DNA of 64,000 bases from an uncultured Candidatus Saccharibacteria bacterium. GTDB taxonomy: Bacteria; Patescibacteriota; Saccharimonadia; Saccharimonadales; Saccharimonadaceae. Positions 19,379 to 28,930 of the stretch are shown here, piece after piece. The stretch's first letter is position 1, and the number at the start of each line of letters is the position of its first letter. The notes under the pieces are model-generated. The model worked only from the letters and a program-made list of their open reading frames with translations. It did not search any database and had not been told where the DNA came from. The translations under genes were made by a program, and so were the position numbers. The DNA lies in NCBI GenBank assembly GCA_947302975.1, contig CAMYXA010000002.1, positions 26,627 through 90,626 of the forward strand. Reading direction: 5' to 3'.

Positions 19379-20398
19379 ATGAAAACAGTATACGTCGGCA
19401 TGTCTGGAGGCGTTGATTCCTCCGTGTCTGCAGCCCTCTTGAAAGAGCAGGGTTATCATGTTGTCGGCGTCTACATGAAGAACTGGTCCAAAAATCTCCC
19501 AGGCATGAAATGCCCATGGGCCGAAGATCTCGCCGACGCTAAGCGCGTTGCCGTAAACTTAAGAATCGACTTCAAGGTTTTTGATTTTGAAAAAGAATAC
19601 AAGCAAAAAGTCGTCGACTACATGATCGAGGAATACAAGAAGGGAAACACCCCAAACCCAGACATCATGTGCAACCAAGAAATCAAGTTCAAGCTCTTTG
19701 CCGAGACCGCCTTCGAGGACGGCGCCGACCTCATCGCCACCGGGCACTACGCCAATGTCGAAGACGGCAAGCTCCTGAAAGCCAAAGACGAAAACAAGGA
19801 CCAGACCTATTTCTTATATCGCGTCACTTCTGAGGTTCTAAAACGCACCTTGTTCCCAGTCGGAAACATGCTAAAACCAGAAGTGAAAAAGCTTGCCGAA
19901 AAATTCGGGCTTGTCAATGCCCACAAACCAGAATCCATGGGTGTCTGCTTTGTTGGAGAAGCCAACATGAAGGACTTCCTCTCTGAGTTTATCGACGTGA
20001 AGCCAGGCGAAATCCGCGAACTCGAAACCGACAAAAAACTCGGCTACCACGACGGCGCCATTTTCTACACCATCGGACAGCGCCACGGCTTAAACGTCGG
20101 CGAAGGCCTGCCTTATTACGTCGCCAAAAAAGATATGGAAAAGAATATCGTCTATGTCTCCAAGAATCTAAACGAAAAGAATCTCTGGACCAAGGAAATT
20201 AAACTAAAAGATGTCTTCCTACGTGAAGAGGCTCCAAAAGAAATCGAAATCCGCGTCCGCCATCGCGCCGCGCTCATCCCAGCCACTTTTGACGGCGACA
20301 CCCTCCACCTCAAAAACGAAACCAAGCGCATAGCATCCGGCCAGTCCGTCGTCTTCTACAAAGACAACGTCTGCCTCGGCGGCGGCATTATCGAATAG
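19379..20398 (+). CDS. mnmA: tRNA-specific 2-thiouridylase MnmA
   Basis: GMSGGVDSS, PNPDIMCN, ATGHYA, KDQTYFL, ESMGVCF, GQSVVFY motifs. Confidence 0.97.
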   Translation: MKTVYVGMSGGVDSSVSAALLKEQGYHVVGVYMKNWSKNLPGMKCPWAEDLADAKRVAVNLRIDFKVFDFEKEYKQKVVDYMIEEYKKGNTPNPDIMCNQEIKFKLFAETAFEDGADLIATGHYANVEDGKLLKAKDENKDQTYFLYRVTSEVLKRTLFPVGNMLKPEVKKLAEKFGLVNAHKPESMGVCFVGEANMKDFLSEFIDVKPGEIRELETDKKLGYHDGAIFYTIGQRHGLNVGEGLPYYVAKKDMEKNIVYVSKNLNEKNLWTKEIKLKDVFLREEAPKEIEIRVRHRAALIPATFDGDTLHLKNETKRIASGQSVVFYKDNVCLGGGIIE

Positions 20399-20429
20399 AA
20401 AAACTCCCTGACCAAGGTCAGGGAGTTTT
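20399..20429. terminator. Bidirectional intrinsic terminator
   Basis: AAAACTCCCTGACC-aa-GGTCAGGGAGTTTT. Confidence 0.85.
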
Positions 20430-20449
20430 CAGAAGGAAGGTCCGGAACA

Positions 20450-20518
20450 TCATCTCTCGTACTCGAGATAGAATAATTCGTTAAATAAGTTGTACATAAG
20501 TCCAAATAATCTTTTCAT
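20450..20518 (-). CDS. Putative 22-aa peptide MKRLFGLMYNLFNELFYLEYER
   Basis: Not in the ORF track; AGGGGG-ATAAA-ATG directly after the stop of the 197-aa ORF. Confidence 0.3.
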   Translation of the reverse strand: MKRLFGLMYNLFNELFYLEYER

Positions 20519-20529
20519 TTTATCCCCCT

Positions 20530-21123
20530 TTACAGATTATAACCTTCGACTTCTGCAAGTGCTTTTTCGATCTCGACAATCTGATCGAGAAATTCAGAAT
20601 TAACGCCGATACAAAGATTGATTGCTTCGATCGTATCGTGATACCCCTGTATCTCAGACCACAAATGATCCTTCATTTTGATGAAGGTAGCCTCAGTAAA
20701 ATCATCATCAAAGCCACACTTTAGTGCGCTAATGACGCGGACGATAAGGGGCATCATCTCATGTGTTCTTTCGAGCATACGATTGACGCAATTACGAAGT
20801 TTTTCTTCGTCATCCTCTTCATCCAAGAGGCCCGGGTCCATAAAAGCATCGAAGTCTAGTGTCTTGCAGTCGTTCGTCGAAGTATCGACATCTGACGGCT
20901 TATCACTGCCACCCATGATCAAATCTCGTGGAAAAGAGGTGACAGTACAGTGCACCTCGGTACCTTCGTCGGACTCATCATCCTCGTCGTCATAATTATC
21001 GTCATCTCCAAGATCAAGACTAGCCGCCAGATCTTTGGCGCGATAATACTTAACGGCTAAGAAAAGAATAGAAAGACCCAGGACAATCACAACTACAGTA
21101 AGAACATACACAAGTGTAGTCAT
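20530..21123 (-). CDS. Acidic hypothetical protein with N-terminal TM
   Basis: SD AGGAGGAG; D/E-rich tracts. Confidence 0.7.
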   Translation of the reverse strand: MTTLVYVLTVVVIVLGLSILFLAVKYYRAKDLAASLDLGDDDNYDDEDDESDEGTEVHCTVTSFPRDLIMGGSDKPSDVDTSTNDCKTLDFDAFMDPGLLDEEDDEEKLRNCVNRMLERTHEMMPLIVRVISALKCGFDDDFTEATFIKMKDHLWSEIQGYHDTIEAINLCIGVNSEFLDQIVEIEKALAEVEGYNL

Positions 21124-21291
21124 TTATACTTCTCCTCCTTTATGAAAATGTTCCATGAACTCCTTGTAATCCCTTTCGGCATCCCGAACGATAGGATGTT
21201 TGATAACTTCAAAGATGAAAATAATAAGTATCTCAAAACCTAAAAGACCTCCAAACAACCAAAAAACCTGCTTAACTTCTTCCCAATTCAT
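21124..21291 (-). CDS. 55-aa single-TM hypothetical protein (MNWEEVKQVFWLFGGLLGFEILIIFIFEVIKHP...GGEV)
   Basis: Not in the ORF track; SD AAAAGGAGGAAGAT-ATG; its stop abuts the next ATG (TAA ATG). Confidence 0.55.
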   Translation of the reverse strand: MNWEEVKQVFWLFGGLLGFEILIIFIFEVIKHPIVRDAERDYKEFMEHFHKGGEV

Positions 21292-21443
21292 ATCTTCCTC
21301 CTTTTAAAGAACGAACTTTTTCAAGCCTACCTTTATATTATAGCACAAAATCGCGAAAAAAGCAATAGCGTCATCTGTAAAAACACCCATAAAACCCCTT
21401 ATTCGTCTCCAGATTTTCCTCAGAATATGATATAATTATCACC

Positions 21444-23399
21444 ATGAATGCAAACGAAATCCGACAAAAATTCTTAGATTTTCAAGTTAAACGTGGTCAC
21501 AAAGTCATCGCGCCAGCCCCACTTGTGCTCGAAAATGACCCAACCACCCTTTTCACCGGCTCAGGCATGCAGCCATTATTGCCATATCTTCTCGGAAAAC
21601 CACACAAAGACGGCACCCGTCTAACCGACTCCCAACCATCCCTTCGTTTGCAGGATATTGAGGATGTCGGCGACCCGCGCCACACTACGGTCTTCGAGAT
21701 GCTTGGCAACTGGTCTCTCGGCGATTATTTCAAGGAAGAACAAATTCGTAGCTTCTTTGAGTTTCTAACCAAAGAAGTTGGCTTGAATCCAGAAAAAATC
21801 TACGTCACCTGTTTCATTGGCGACGAAAAATACGGCATTCCAAAAGACGAGGAAGCCGCCCGCATCTGGCAAGAAGTCTTCAAAGAAGCTGGTATCGACG
21901 CCAAAATTGCCGAGATCGGCTCCGCTGAAAACGGCGACAAGCGTGGCATCAAACCAGGCGAACACATTTTCTTCTACGACGATCACGAGAACTGGTGGAG
22001 CCGCGGCGGTGGCATCGAAACCACCCCAATTGGCGACCCATGTGGCCCAGATTCCGAAGTTTTCTACGATTTTGGTGACGACAAACAAGATGTCGAAAAA
22101 TACGGCCTCGCCCACCCAGCTTCCGATGGCGCTCGCTTCATGGAAATCGGCAACCAAGTCTTTATGCAATATCGCCGCAAAGAAGACGGCACCTTCGAAG
22201 AACTCGAAAAGAAAAACGTCGACTTTGGTGGCGGTCTTGAACGTATCGCGGCCGCTGCAATCGACAGCTTCGATGTCTTCAAAGGCTCATTACTCAAGCC
22301 AATCATCGACAAACTCGAAGAAATCTCCGGCAAAGATTACGAATCCAACACCAGCGACATGCGCATTATCGCCGACCACATTCGTGGCGCCTACCTTCTT
22401 TCCGCCCAAGGCTTGAAACCAAGCAACAAGCAACAAGGCTACGCTCTTCGCCGCCTCATCCGCCGCGCTATCTTAAAGGCCCTTGATCTCGGCATTGCCC
22501 AAAACTTCATTAGCGAAGTTATTCCAGTTGTTGCTAAGAATTACGAATCACTTTCTGACGAAATCTTAACCACCCGCGAAGAAGCTATCGTCACTCTCGA
22601 AAAAGAGGAAAAAGTCTTCCGCGAAACCCTCTCAAAAGGTCTTCGCGAAATGCACAAAATGGTCGCGAAAGATGCCGACGGCGTCCTCACCGGCACCGAC
22701 CTCTTCAAACTCCAAGACACCTATGGCTTCCCATTTGAAATCTCCGTCGAGGAAGCTTTCCACCAGAACATTCCACTTTCAAAAGACTATCAAAAAGAAT
22801 TCGAAGAAGCCTTGAAGGAACAACGCGAACGCTCCCAAACTGCCTCAAAAGGTATGTTCAAGGGCGGCCTCGAAGATCATGGCGAAACCACCACTAAATA
22901 TCACACCGCGACCCACCTCACCCTCGCCGCACTTCAAAAACACGTCGACGAAAACATCGGTCAACGCGGCTCCAACATCACCGCCGACCGCATGCGCTTT
23001 GACTTCAACTGCGACCACAAATTGACCGACGAAGAAAAGAAAGCCGTCGAAGACCAAGTTAACGAATGGATCTCAAAAGATCTCAAAGTCGTTTTCGACG
23101 AATACGACAAAGAATATGCCAAAAACGTTTTGAAAGCTCACGGTCAATTCTGGGAAAAATATGGCGACATCGTCAAAGTCTATACCATCGCTCCGGCCAA
23201 ATATTTCGAAGAACACAAATATGAAGGCGGCAAAGCCGAAAACCCACTCGAAGCCCGCTCTTCCGAAGACGCTCCAGTCTCCGTCGAAATCTGCGGTGGC
23301 CCACACGTCGAGCACACCGGCCTCATTGGCCACTTCAAACTCGTGAAGGAAGAAGCTTCCTCCGCCGGTGTTCGCCGCATCAAAGGCGTTATAGAATAG
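21444..23399 (+). CDS. alaS: Alanyl-tRNA synthetase (short form ending at the editing domain)
   Basis: DPTTLFTGSGMQP, FEMLGNWS, GGGLER, HTATHL, EICGGPHV, GVRRI motifs. Confidence 0.97.
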   Translation: MNANEIRQKFLDFQVKRGHKVIAPAPLVLENDPTTLFTGSGMQPLLPYLLGKPHKDGTRLTDSQPSLRLQDIEDVGDPRHTTVFEMLGNWSLGDYFKEEQIRSFFEFLTKEVGLNPEKIYVTCFIGDEKYGIPKDEEAARIWQEVFKEAGIDAKIAEIGSAENGDKRGIKPGEHIFFYDDHENWWSRGGGIETTPIGDPCGPDSEVFYDFGDDKQDVEKYGLAHPASDGARFMEIGNQVFMQYRRKEDGTFEELEKKNVDFGGGLERIAAAAIDSFDVFKGSLLKPIIDKLEEISGKDYESNTSDMRIIADHIRGAYLLSAQGLKPSNKQQGYALRRLIRRAILKALDLGIAQNFISEVIPVVAKNYESLSDEILTTREEAIVTLEKEEKVFRETLSKGLREMHKMVAKDADGVLTGTDLFKLQDTYGFPFEISVEEAFHQNIPLSKDYQKEFEEALKEQRERSQTASKGMFKGGLEDHGETTTKYHTATHLTLAALQKHVDENIGQRGSNITADRMRFDFNCDHKLTDEEKKAVEDQVNEWISKDLKVVFDEYDKEYAKNVLKAHGQFWEKYGDIVKVYTIAPAKYFEEHKYEGGKAENPLEARSSEDAPVSVEICGGPHVEHTGLIGHFKLVKEEASSAGVRRIKGVIE

Positions 23400-23418
23400 T
23401 TTGTGCTATAATGTAAGC

Positions 23419-24636
23419 ATGAACACTATTCTGGCGCTAGATATTGGAACTGAATACGTAAAAGCTGTAATCGCGAAAGCCGACAAAAAAGGCTCGCTCG
23501 AGGTAATTGGCGTTGGTCGTGCCAAGCAGGCCGAAGCCAACATGTTTTCTGGTGCCATTGCCGATATTCCTGCCGTTGTCTCTACCTGTGAAAAGGCCCT
23601 TCTTGATGCTGAAGAGGAAGCTGGCGAGACCGCCAAGACCACCGTCGTTGGTATTGCTGGCGAGCTAATCAAGGGAACCACTACCACCGTCCGCTATCAT
23701 CGCGAAAACGCCAACAAACCGATCACTGATGATGAAATGAATATCATCATCAAAAAGGTCCAAGAAAAAGCTGGCGAAGCTGCCAAAAAGTCTGTCGCGC
23801 TCGAAACCGGCAACAAAAACGTCGAAATCCGTTTGATTAATTCCGCCATCGTGTCACTAACAATCGATGGCTACAAGATCTCAAACCCAATCGGCTTCAA
23901 AGGCTCCGACGTCGTCATCCAATTCTACACCGCCTTCGCGCCACTTATCCACGTTTCGGCCATCGAAAAAGTCTGCGCCGAACTCAACCTCGAACTTCTC
24001 ACCGTTGCCGTCGAACCATTCGCCGTCTGCCGCGCCTGCCTCGGTGACAATCTCGACTCTAATTTCTCTGGCATCGTCATGGACATTGGTGGCGGAACCA
24101 CCGATATCGCCGTTATCGACGATGGTGGCGTTGATGGCACCAAAATGTTCTCCATCGGCGGCCGCAGCTTCACACACCAAATCGCCAAAGGCCTAGGCGT
24201 TGATTTCGACACCGCCGAAGAATATAAAACCGATCTCGAAAACCTCGACGAACCTCTAAAGAAAAAAGTCGAAGCCGCCATCTCTAAAAACATCAAAGTT
24301 TGGATTTCCGGCATCGAAGTTGCGCTCGAAGATTTCAACATTGTCGAAGTCTTGCCGAGAAACATCTTGCTCTGTGGTGGTGGCGCCAGCCTCTCCACTC
24401 TCCAAGAATCCCTCGCTGTCTCCGACTGGTATAAAGCCTTGCCGTTCGCACGCCGCCCAATCATCAATATTATCGACGTCAACACACTTCCAGACATTCT
24501 CTACAAGACCAAAACCACCATCGATCATTCCTACGCCACCGCCCTCGGACTTCTTCGCGTCGGCGTAGATACTTTGGCCGGCTGCCCAGAAGAAGAAGGC
24601 TTGAAAGCCAAACTCTCCAAACTTTTGCAAAACTAA
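23419..24636 (+). CDS. ftsA: FtsA-like actin-fold ATPase
   Basis: LALDIGTEYVK, VMDIGGGTTD, LLCGGGA motifs; start reassigned to 23419; no adjacent ftsZ. Confidence 0.7.
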   Translation: MNTILALDIGTEYVKAVIAKADKKGSLEVIGVGRAKQAEANMFSGAIADIPAVVSTCEKALLDAEEEAGETAKTTVVGIAGELIKGTTTTVRYHRENANKPITDDEMNIIIKKVQEKAGEAAKKSVALETGNKNVEIRLINSAIVSLTIDGYKISNPIGFKGSDVVIQFYTAFAPLIHVSAIEKVCAELNLELLTVAVEPFAVCRACLGDNLDSNFSGIVMDIGGGTTDIAVIDDGGVDGTKMFSIGGRSFTHQIAKGLGVDFDTAEEYKTDLENLDEPLKKKVEAAISKNIKVWISGIEVALEDFNIVEVLPRNILLCGGGASLSTLQESLAVSDWYKALPFARRPIINIIDVNTLPDILYKTKTTIDHSYATALGLLRVGVDTLAGCPEEEGLKAKLSKLLQN

Positions 24637-25320
24637 TTATCTATGAACTTTCACCCACTGACCTTCCGGAAGGCCAGATAGTCCGTATTTCCCAAATTGA
24701 GTACGGTGGAGCTTCACCACCCTGTAGCCTAGCGCCGCGAATGTACGGCGAATTTGTCGATTTCTACCTTCAGAAAGCACGACCTTAAGCTCGTGGCGGC
24801 CACCTTTTTCATGGACGACTGTGAACTTGGAAATACCATCCTCAAGTTGCACACCAAAATCTGAAATCATTTGCTGATGAAGCGGTGCGAGCTCGCGGTC
24901 AAGCATCACCTCATAAACCTTTTCCTTATAGAACTTCGGGTGAGTCATCTCAAACGCAAAATCACCATCGTTCGTGAGGAGAATTATCCCAGAAGAATCC
25001 TTATCAAGACGCCCAACCGTCTTCAGACTCTTCATATCCTTCGGGAGAAGATCATAAATGGTCGGCGCATCGCCTTGCGCACGGCGAGAACAAACATAGC
25101 CAATCGGTTTATTAAACGCGACATAAGAAAATTCCGCTTCGAACGGAACTATACTACTATTATAGCATACTTTATCCGTTTTGTCAACTCGTGCCCCTAG
25201 AGCGGCCGGCTTATCATTGACTAAAACTTTGCCAGCAGCAATAATGTCATCCGCTTCGCGGCGTGACATTCCCAGACGTTCGGCCAAAAATTTATTGAGC
25301 CGGATTTCCTGAGACTCCAT
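24637..25320 (-). CDS. RsuA/RluB-family rRNA pseudouridine synthase
   Basis: S4 domain RLNKFLA; VGRLDKDSSG; EGRNRQIRR; start reassigned to 25320. Confidence 0.92.
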   Translation of the reverse strand: MESQEIRLNKFLAERLGMSRREADDIIAAGKVLVNDKPAALGARVDKTDKVCYNSSIVPFEAEFSYVAFNKPIGYVCSRRAQGDAPTIYDLLPKDMKSLKTVGRLDKDSSGIILLTNDGDFAFEMTHPKFYKEKVYEVMLDRELAPLHQQMISDFGVQLEDGISKFTVVHEKGGRHELKVVLSEGRNRQIRRTFAALGYRVVKLHRTQFGKYGLSGLPEGQWVKVHR

Positions 25321-25831
25321 TTCCTGGAACCCTTGTGCTGAATTGGCTTGGTGAAATGAGCGGGGCTGCGGCAGCAATCGAAGTTGGGGAAACAATTGGA
25401 TTATTGGCAGGAGCTGGTGCGCCTGGAGCAGCAGGAGCAGCTGGAGCAGCAGGAGCAGCGGCCTTGTCGCCAAGAACTTCATGAATCACGTTAACCACGT
25501 CTTCAATACCAACTTGTGATTTCACCAAATAACGGTCAGCACCGAGAGCTTCGCCACGTGCGCGCTGTTCTTCGGAGGAAAGAGCAGTCATCATCACAAC
25601 TTTGACATCTTTTAGCTCTGGGGTGGAACGAATGATATCCAGCATATCAAACCCGGAGATTTTCGGCATCATCACGTCAGACAAAATGAGATCTGGCTTT
25701 TCGCGCACAGCGATAGCTAGTGCCTCCTCGCCATCACCGGCCACCACAATCGTGTAGCCTTCGGCCGTCAGGCGAATACTGTAGATTTCTCGTAGGGCGA
25801 TATCGTCTTCTACGATCATTAATTTTGTCAT
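25292..25831 (-). CDS. Stand-alone receiver protein with Ala/Pro-rich tail
   Basis: IVEDD, LILSDVMMP, MTA, YLVK motifs; no output domain. Confidence 0.9.
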   Translation of the reverse strand: MTKLMIVEDDIALREIYSIRLTAEGYTIVVAGDGEEALAIAVREKPDLILSDVMMPKISGFDMLDIIRSTPELKDVKVVMMTALSSEEQRARGEALGADRYLVKSQVGIEDVVNVIHEVLGDKAAAPAAPAAPAAPGAPAPANNPIVSPTSIAAAAPLISPSQFSTRVPGNGVSGNPAQ

Positions 25832-27165
25832 ATTGTTCCTCCGTTATTTTGTTGATATTGCTGGGTTACGATTTGTGGTTGCGGCGCAGGCTGTGGGGCT
25901 GGCTGTTGCACCATCTGTGCGGCAGCCTGAATGGTCGGCGCCGGGGCTGGCTGCTGATTCATCTGTGGGGCAAATTGTTTCTGATTATTGATAATCGCGA
26001 CGCGTTTTTGATATTCTTCAGAACTTAGGCGCGGCAAGGAAACAAAGAAGGTCGACCCTTCACCAAATCCAGACTCAACCCAAATTCTTCCGCCGATCGC
26101 CTCGACGCGTTGTTTAACGAGGTAAAGCCCAAGGCCGGTCCCGCCAATTTCGCGAGTGTCCGAATTGTCAGCGCGATAAAACTTCTGGAAAATATGCTGA
26201 ATATCATCAGCCGAAATACCGATGCCAGTATCCGTAACATTAATAAGCACTCGGTCGCCATCGCCACGCACATTCACCCAAACCGAACCACCGGCCGGAG
26301 TATATTTCATGGCGTTATCGAGGAGATTATCCATAATTTCTTGCAAGAAATGAATATCAACATAGCCATAAACCACCTGGTCGAGCTTCACGCCGGAGCC
26401 GTCGCTCATACTATTAGACGAACCAAAAGTATAACTAATTTTTAGATCAGGGAACTGACCATAAAACGTATCGGCCATCTGGCGAACAGTCGAGACCATT
26501 TCCACTGGCACCATTTCCGGACGAATGCGTCCATCATCGAGTTTTGTCACATCAAGAAGATCCTGGAACAATTTTCCAAGGTGTTTGGAAGCGGTGTGGG
26601 CAGCCGTGAGATAGCCTTGCGCACGTGCATCAATCGTTGCTGTTTGCGGATTCAGAGCTAGGGAAAGATACCCCTCGATCGAGGCCACTGGAGTTCGCAT
26701 TTCGTGCGAGGCCGTGGAAATAAACTCCGTCTGCGCGCCTTCTTCTTCGAGCTCCTTTGCGATATTTCTGAGCGTCACAATCTTATCGCCAGCCCCGCCT
26801 TCAGCGTTAATCACAGACACCGAAACCGGCACACGCTTATTCGTATTTCCAACAATCAAACTACCACGGAAAGAATCCACGGTCTCCCCGCTCGCCAAAG
26901 CAAGAACTAGAGGATTTTCTTGGTCGGAAAGCTCACGTCCTTCCTTTGACTCCAAGCGAAAAACTGAACGAAGATCGAGCCCCACCGCAGAGAGCATTGG
27001 GTTAAAATCAATCATGCGAAGCGCCGCAGGATTCACGAAACGGATGATCCCGGAGCGATCAAGAATCACGACACCGTCATTAATCGATTTCAGCGCAATT
27101 TCAGCCAGTTCAAAATTATTGCCATTAGCAGCCACAGAATTATTGTTGCGCTTAAAAAGACTCAT
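25828..27165 (-). CDS. Soluble PAS-domain sensor histidine kinase with Gln/Pro-rich tail
   Basis: H-box SHEMRTP, N-box NLLDNAMKY, G1 DTGIGI, F-box FQKFYR, G2 GTGLGL; no clear TM. Confidence 0.92.
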   Translation of the reverse strand: MSLFKRNNNSVAANGNNFELAEIALKSINDGVVILDRSGIIRFVNPAALRMIDFNPMLSAVGLDLRSVFRLESKEGRELSDQENPLVLALASGETVDSFRGSLIVGNTNKRVPVSVSVINAEGGAGDKIVTLRNIAKELEEEGAQTEFISTASHEMRTPVASIEGYLSLALNPQTATIDARAQGYLTAAHTASKHLGKLFQDLLDVTKLDDGRIRPEMVPVEMVSTVRQMADTFYGQFPDLKISYTFGSSNSMSDGSGVKLDQVVYGYVDIHFLQEIMDNLLDNAMKYTPAGGSVWVNVRGDGDRVLINVTDTGIGISADDIQHIFQKFYRADNSDTREIGGTGLGLYLVKQRVEAIGGRIWVESGFGEGSTFFVSLPRLSSEEYQKRVAIINNQKQFAPQMNQQPAPAPTIQAAAQMVQQPAPQPAPQPQIVTQQYQQNNGGTI

Positions 27166-27212
27166 CCATTATATTTTAACACAAGCTCTATAAAATGTGA
27201 TATATTTTGAAT

Positions 27213-28928
27213 ATGAATAAAGACGTCATTTATATTGAGCCAGAAGACGATATTACAGATATCATCTCAAAGCTCGAAACTGCGAAAGAAAAAATCGTCG
27301 CCCTTGTTCCACCAAAGAAGAGTACAGTCCTAAGGAGCGCCGTCAATATCAAACTAATTTCCAAAGCTGGCGCAAATGCTAGCAAAAACATCGTTCTCGT
27401 GACGACTGATCCTTCGATCGTGAAGCTTGCTGCAAGCATCAAGATTCCTGTGACCAAAAATCTTCAGTCCGCCCCATCCATCCCAACCGAAGACGACATC
27501 AAAGAAGAAGTAATCGAAGAAGAAATTACCGAAGACGCCATCAGCGACAAAGTCGAAGGCAAAGACGAAAAAGTCGAAGAAGAAGACAAGACTGAGGAAG
27601 AAGAAAAAGCTGAGGAAGTCGCCAAAGAAATCGAAAAAGAAGAAGAAAAAGACGACGAAAAACCAGCTAAGCCTGAAAAAGCTCCAAAAGAGAAGAAAGA
27701 AAAGGCAGCTCCAAAGAATCCAGTTCTTGCTTGGATTGTTAGCAACAAAAAATGGGTCGCTATCGGCAGCTCCGCTCTTGGCGTGCTCATTCTTTTCCTC
27801 GTCTGGGCATTCGTTATTGCTCCAGCCGTCAAAATCAACGTCGCAGTTCGTACCAACACCAACAACTTCTCCGAAATGATTTCATTCACTAACGACCAGA
27901 CCAAAGAAGACGTCGAGGCTGGCGTATTCTATCTTGAAGAAATCAAAACCGAGCAAAAGCAAAAAGCCGAATTCACCGCCACCGGAACCAAAAACGTCGG
28001 CGAAAAAGCCAAAGGCCAAATCACCATCATCGGCATGCTGAGAGAAAACGACATCCATATCAATTCTGGAACCGTTTTAAAGCACAACGATCTAGTTTAT
28101 TACACGACCGAAGATGTCGCGCTTTTGGCTAATGAATCAACCCCTTGCGAAAACAAGGATCAAACATTTGATCTCATCAAAAACGGTTGCAAGAAATCCG
28201 CCAAAATCGGTATTGTTGCGGCCGAACCAGGCGAAAAATACAACATTGAAGAAGGTGCTGGCAACTGGGTCATTAGCGCCAATGTTTCTGCTTACACCGA
28301 AACCGGAGTCACCGGTGGCACCGACAAAAACGTCATCGTCGTAACCGATGAAAACGTTGATGTTGCAAGAGGCAAAATCGCTAGCGGCAACGCTGAAAAT
28401 CTCGAAGACACCAAGAACGCTTTGAAAGAGCAAGCTGGCGACCGTATTCTCATCGAATCCAGCTTCAAACAAGAAATGGGCGAACCAGAAGTTAGCCCGA
28501 AGGTTGGCGAAGAAGTCCCGTCCGACACCATCCCATCCATCACCTTGACCACCACAACTTCCTACTTCGCTATCGACAAAACCAAGGTTGAAGAATTCAT
28601 CACCAGCAAAGCCAAAATCCCAGAAGATCAAAAGATCTATGCCATCAACAACCCATTTATCGAAAGTTTCATGGCAACCGATACCGCCATCACCGGCAAA
28701 ATCAAAACCTCATATTCAACCGGTTCCAAGCTTACCGAAAATGACATTCTCGAAATGGTCAAAGGCAAAGGCATTGGCGACGTTCAGCACACTTTGAAAT
28801 CCGTCAGCGGGGTCAGCAAAGTTTCCATCAACCCATCTTATCCATGGGTCAATACCGTCCCAACCGATAGCGGCAGAATCACTATCGAACTAACAATTGA
28901 AGAAACAACCTCCCAAAACAAGGAATAA
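27213..28928 (+). CDS. Conserved bitopic membrane protein with an acidic linker; ectodomain possibly baseplate-J-like
   Basis: N-terminal cytoplasmic domain, E/K-rich linker, one TM, ectodomain with ATG..NVG..A.G and PGEKYNI motifs recalled from baseplate-J-like annotations. Confidence 0.5.
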   Translation: MNKDVIYIEPEDDITDIISKLETAKEKIVALVPPKKSTVLRSAVNIKLISKAGANASKNIVLVTTDPSIVKLAASIKIPVTKNLQSAPSIPTEDDIKEEVIEEEITEDAISDKVEGKDEKVEEEDKTEEEEKAEEVAKEIEKEEEKDDEKPAKPEKAPKEKKEKAAPKNPVLAWIVSNKKWVAIGSSALGVLILFLVWAFVIAPAVKINVAVRTNTNNFSEMISFTNDQTKEDVEAGVFYLEEIKTEQKQKAEFTATGTKNVGEKAKGQITIIGMLRENDIHINSGTVLKHNDLVYYTTEDVALLANESTPCENKDQTFDLIKNGCKKSAKIGIVAAEPGEKYNIEEGAGNWVISANVSAYTETGVTGGTDKNVIVVTDENVDVARGKIASGNAENLEDTKNALKEQAGDRILIESSFKQEMGEPEVSPKVGEEVPSDTIPSITLTTTTSYFAIDKTKVEEFITSKAKIPEDQKIYAINNPFIESFMATDTAITGKIKTSYSTGSKLTENDILEMVKGKGIGDVQHTLKSVSGVSKVSINPSYPWVNTVPTDSGRITIELTIEETTSQNKE

Positions 28929-28930
28929 CT

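Noticed and set aside
20431-20450. AGGTCCGGAA resembles SRP RNA helix 8
   Set aside because: The required downstream GGAAGCAG and the enclosing helix are absent; it lies just beyond a terminator.
21497-23383. Many 60-240 aa antisense or alternative-frame ORFs over core genes (this range is one example)
   Set aside because: Shadow ORFs produced by biased codon usage; no SD, promoter or recognisable motifs.
27213-28928. Prophage or tailocin suggested by the baseplate-J-like gene
   Set aside because: No other phage genes nearby; the protein has a TM and sits among housekeeping genes.
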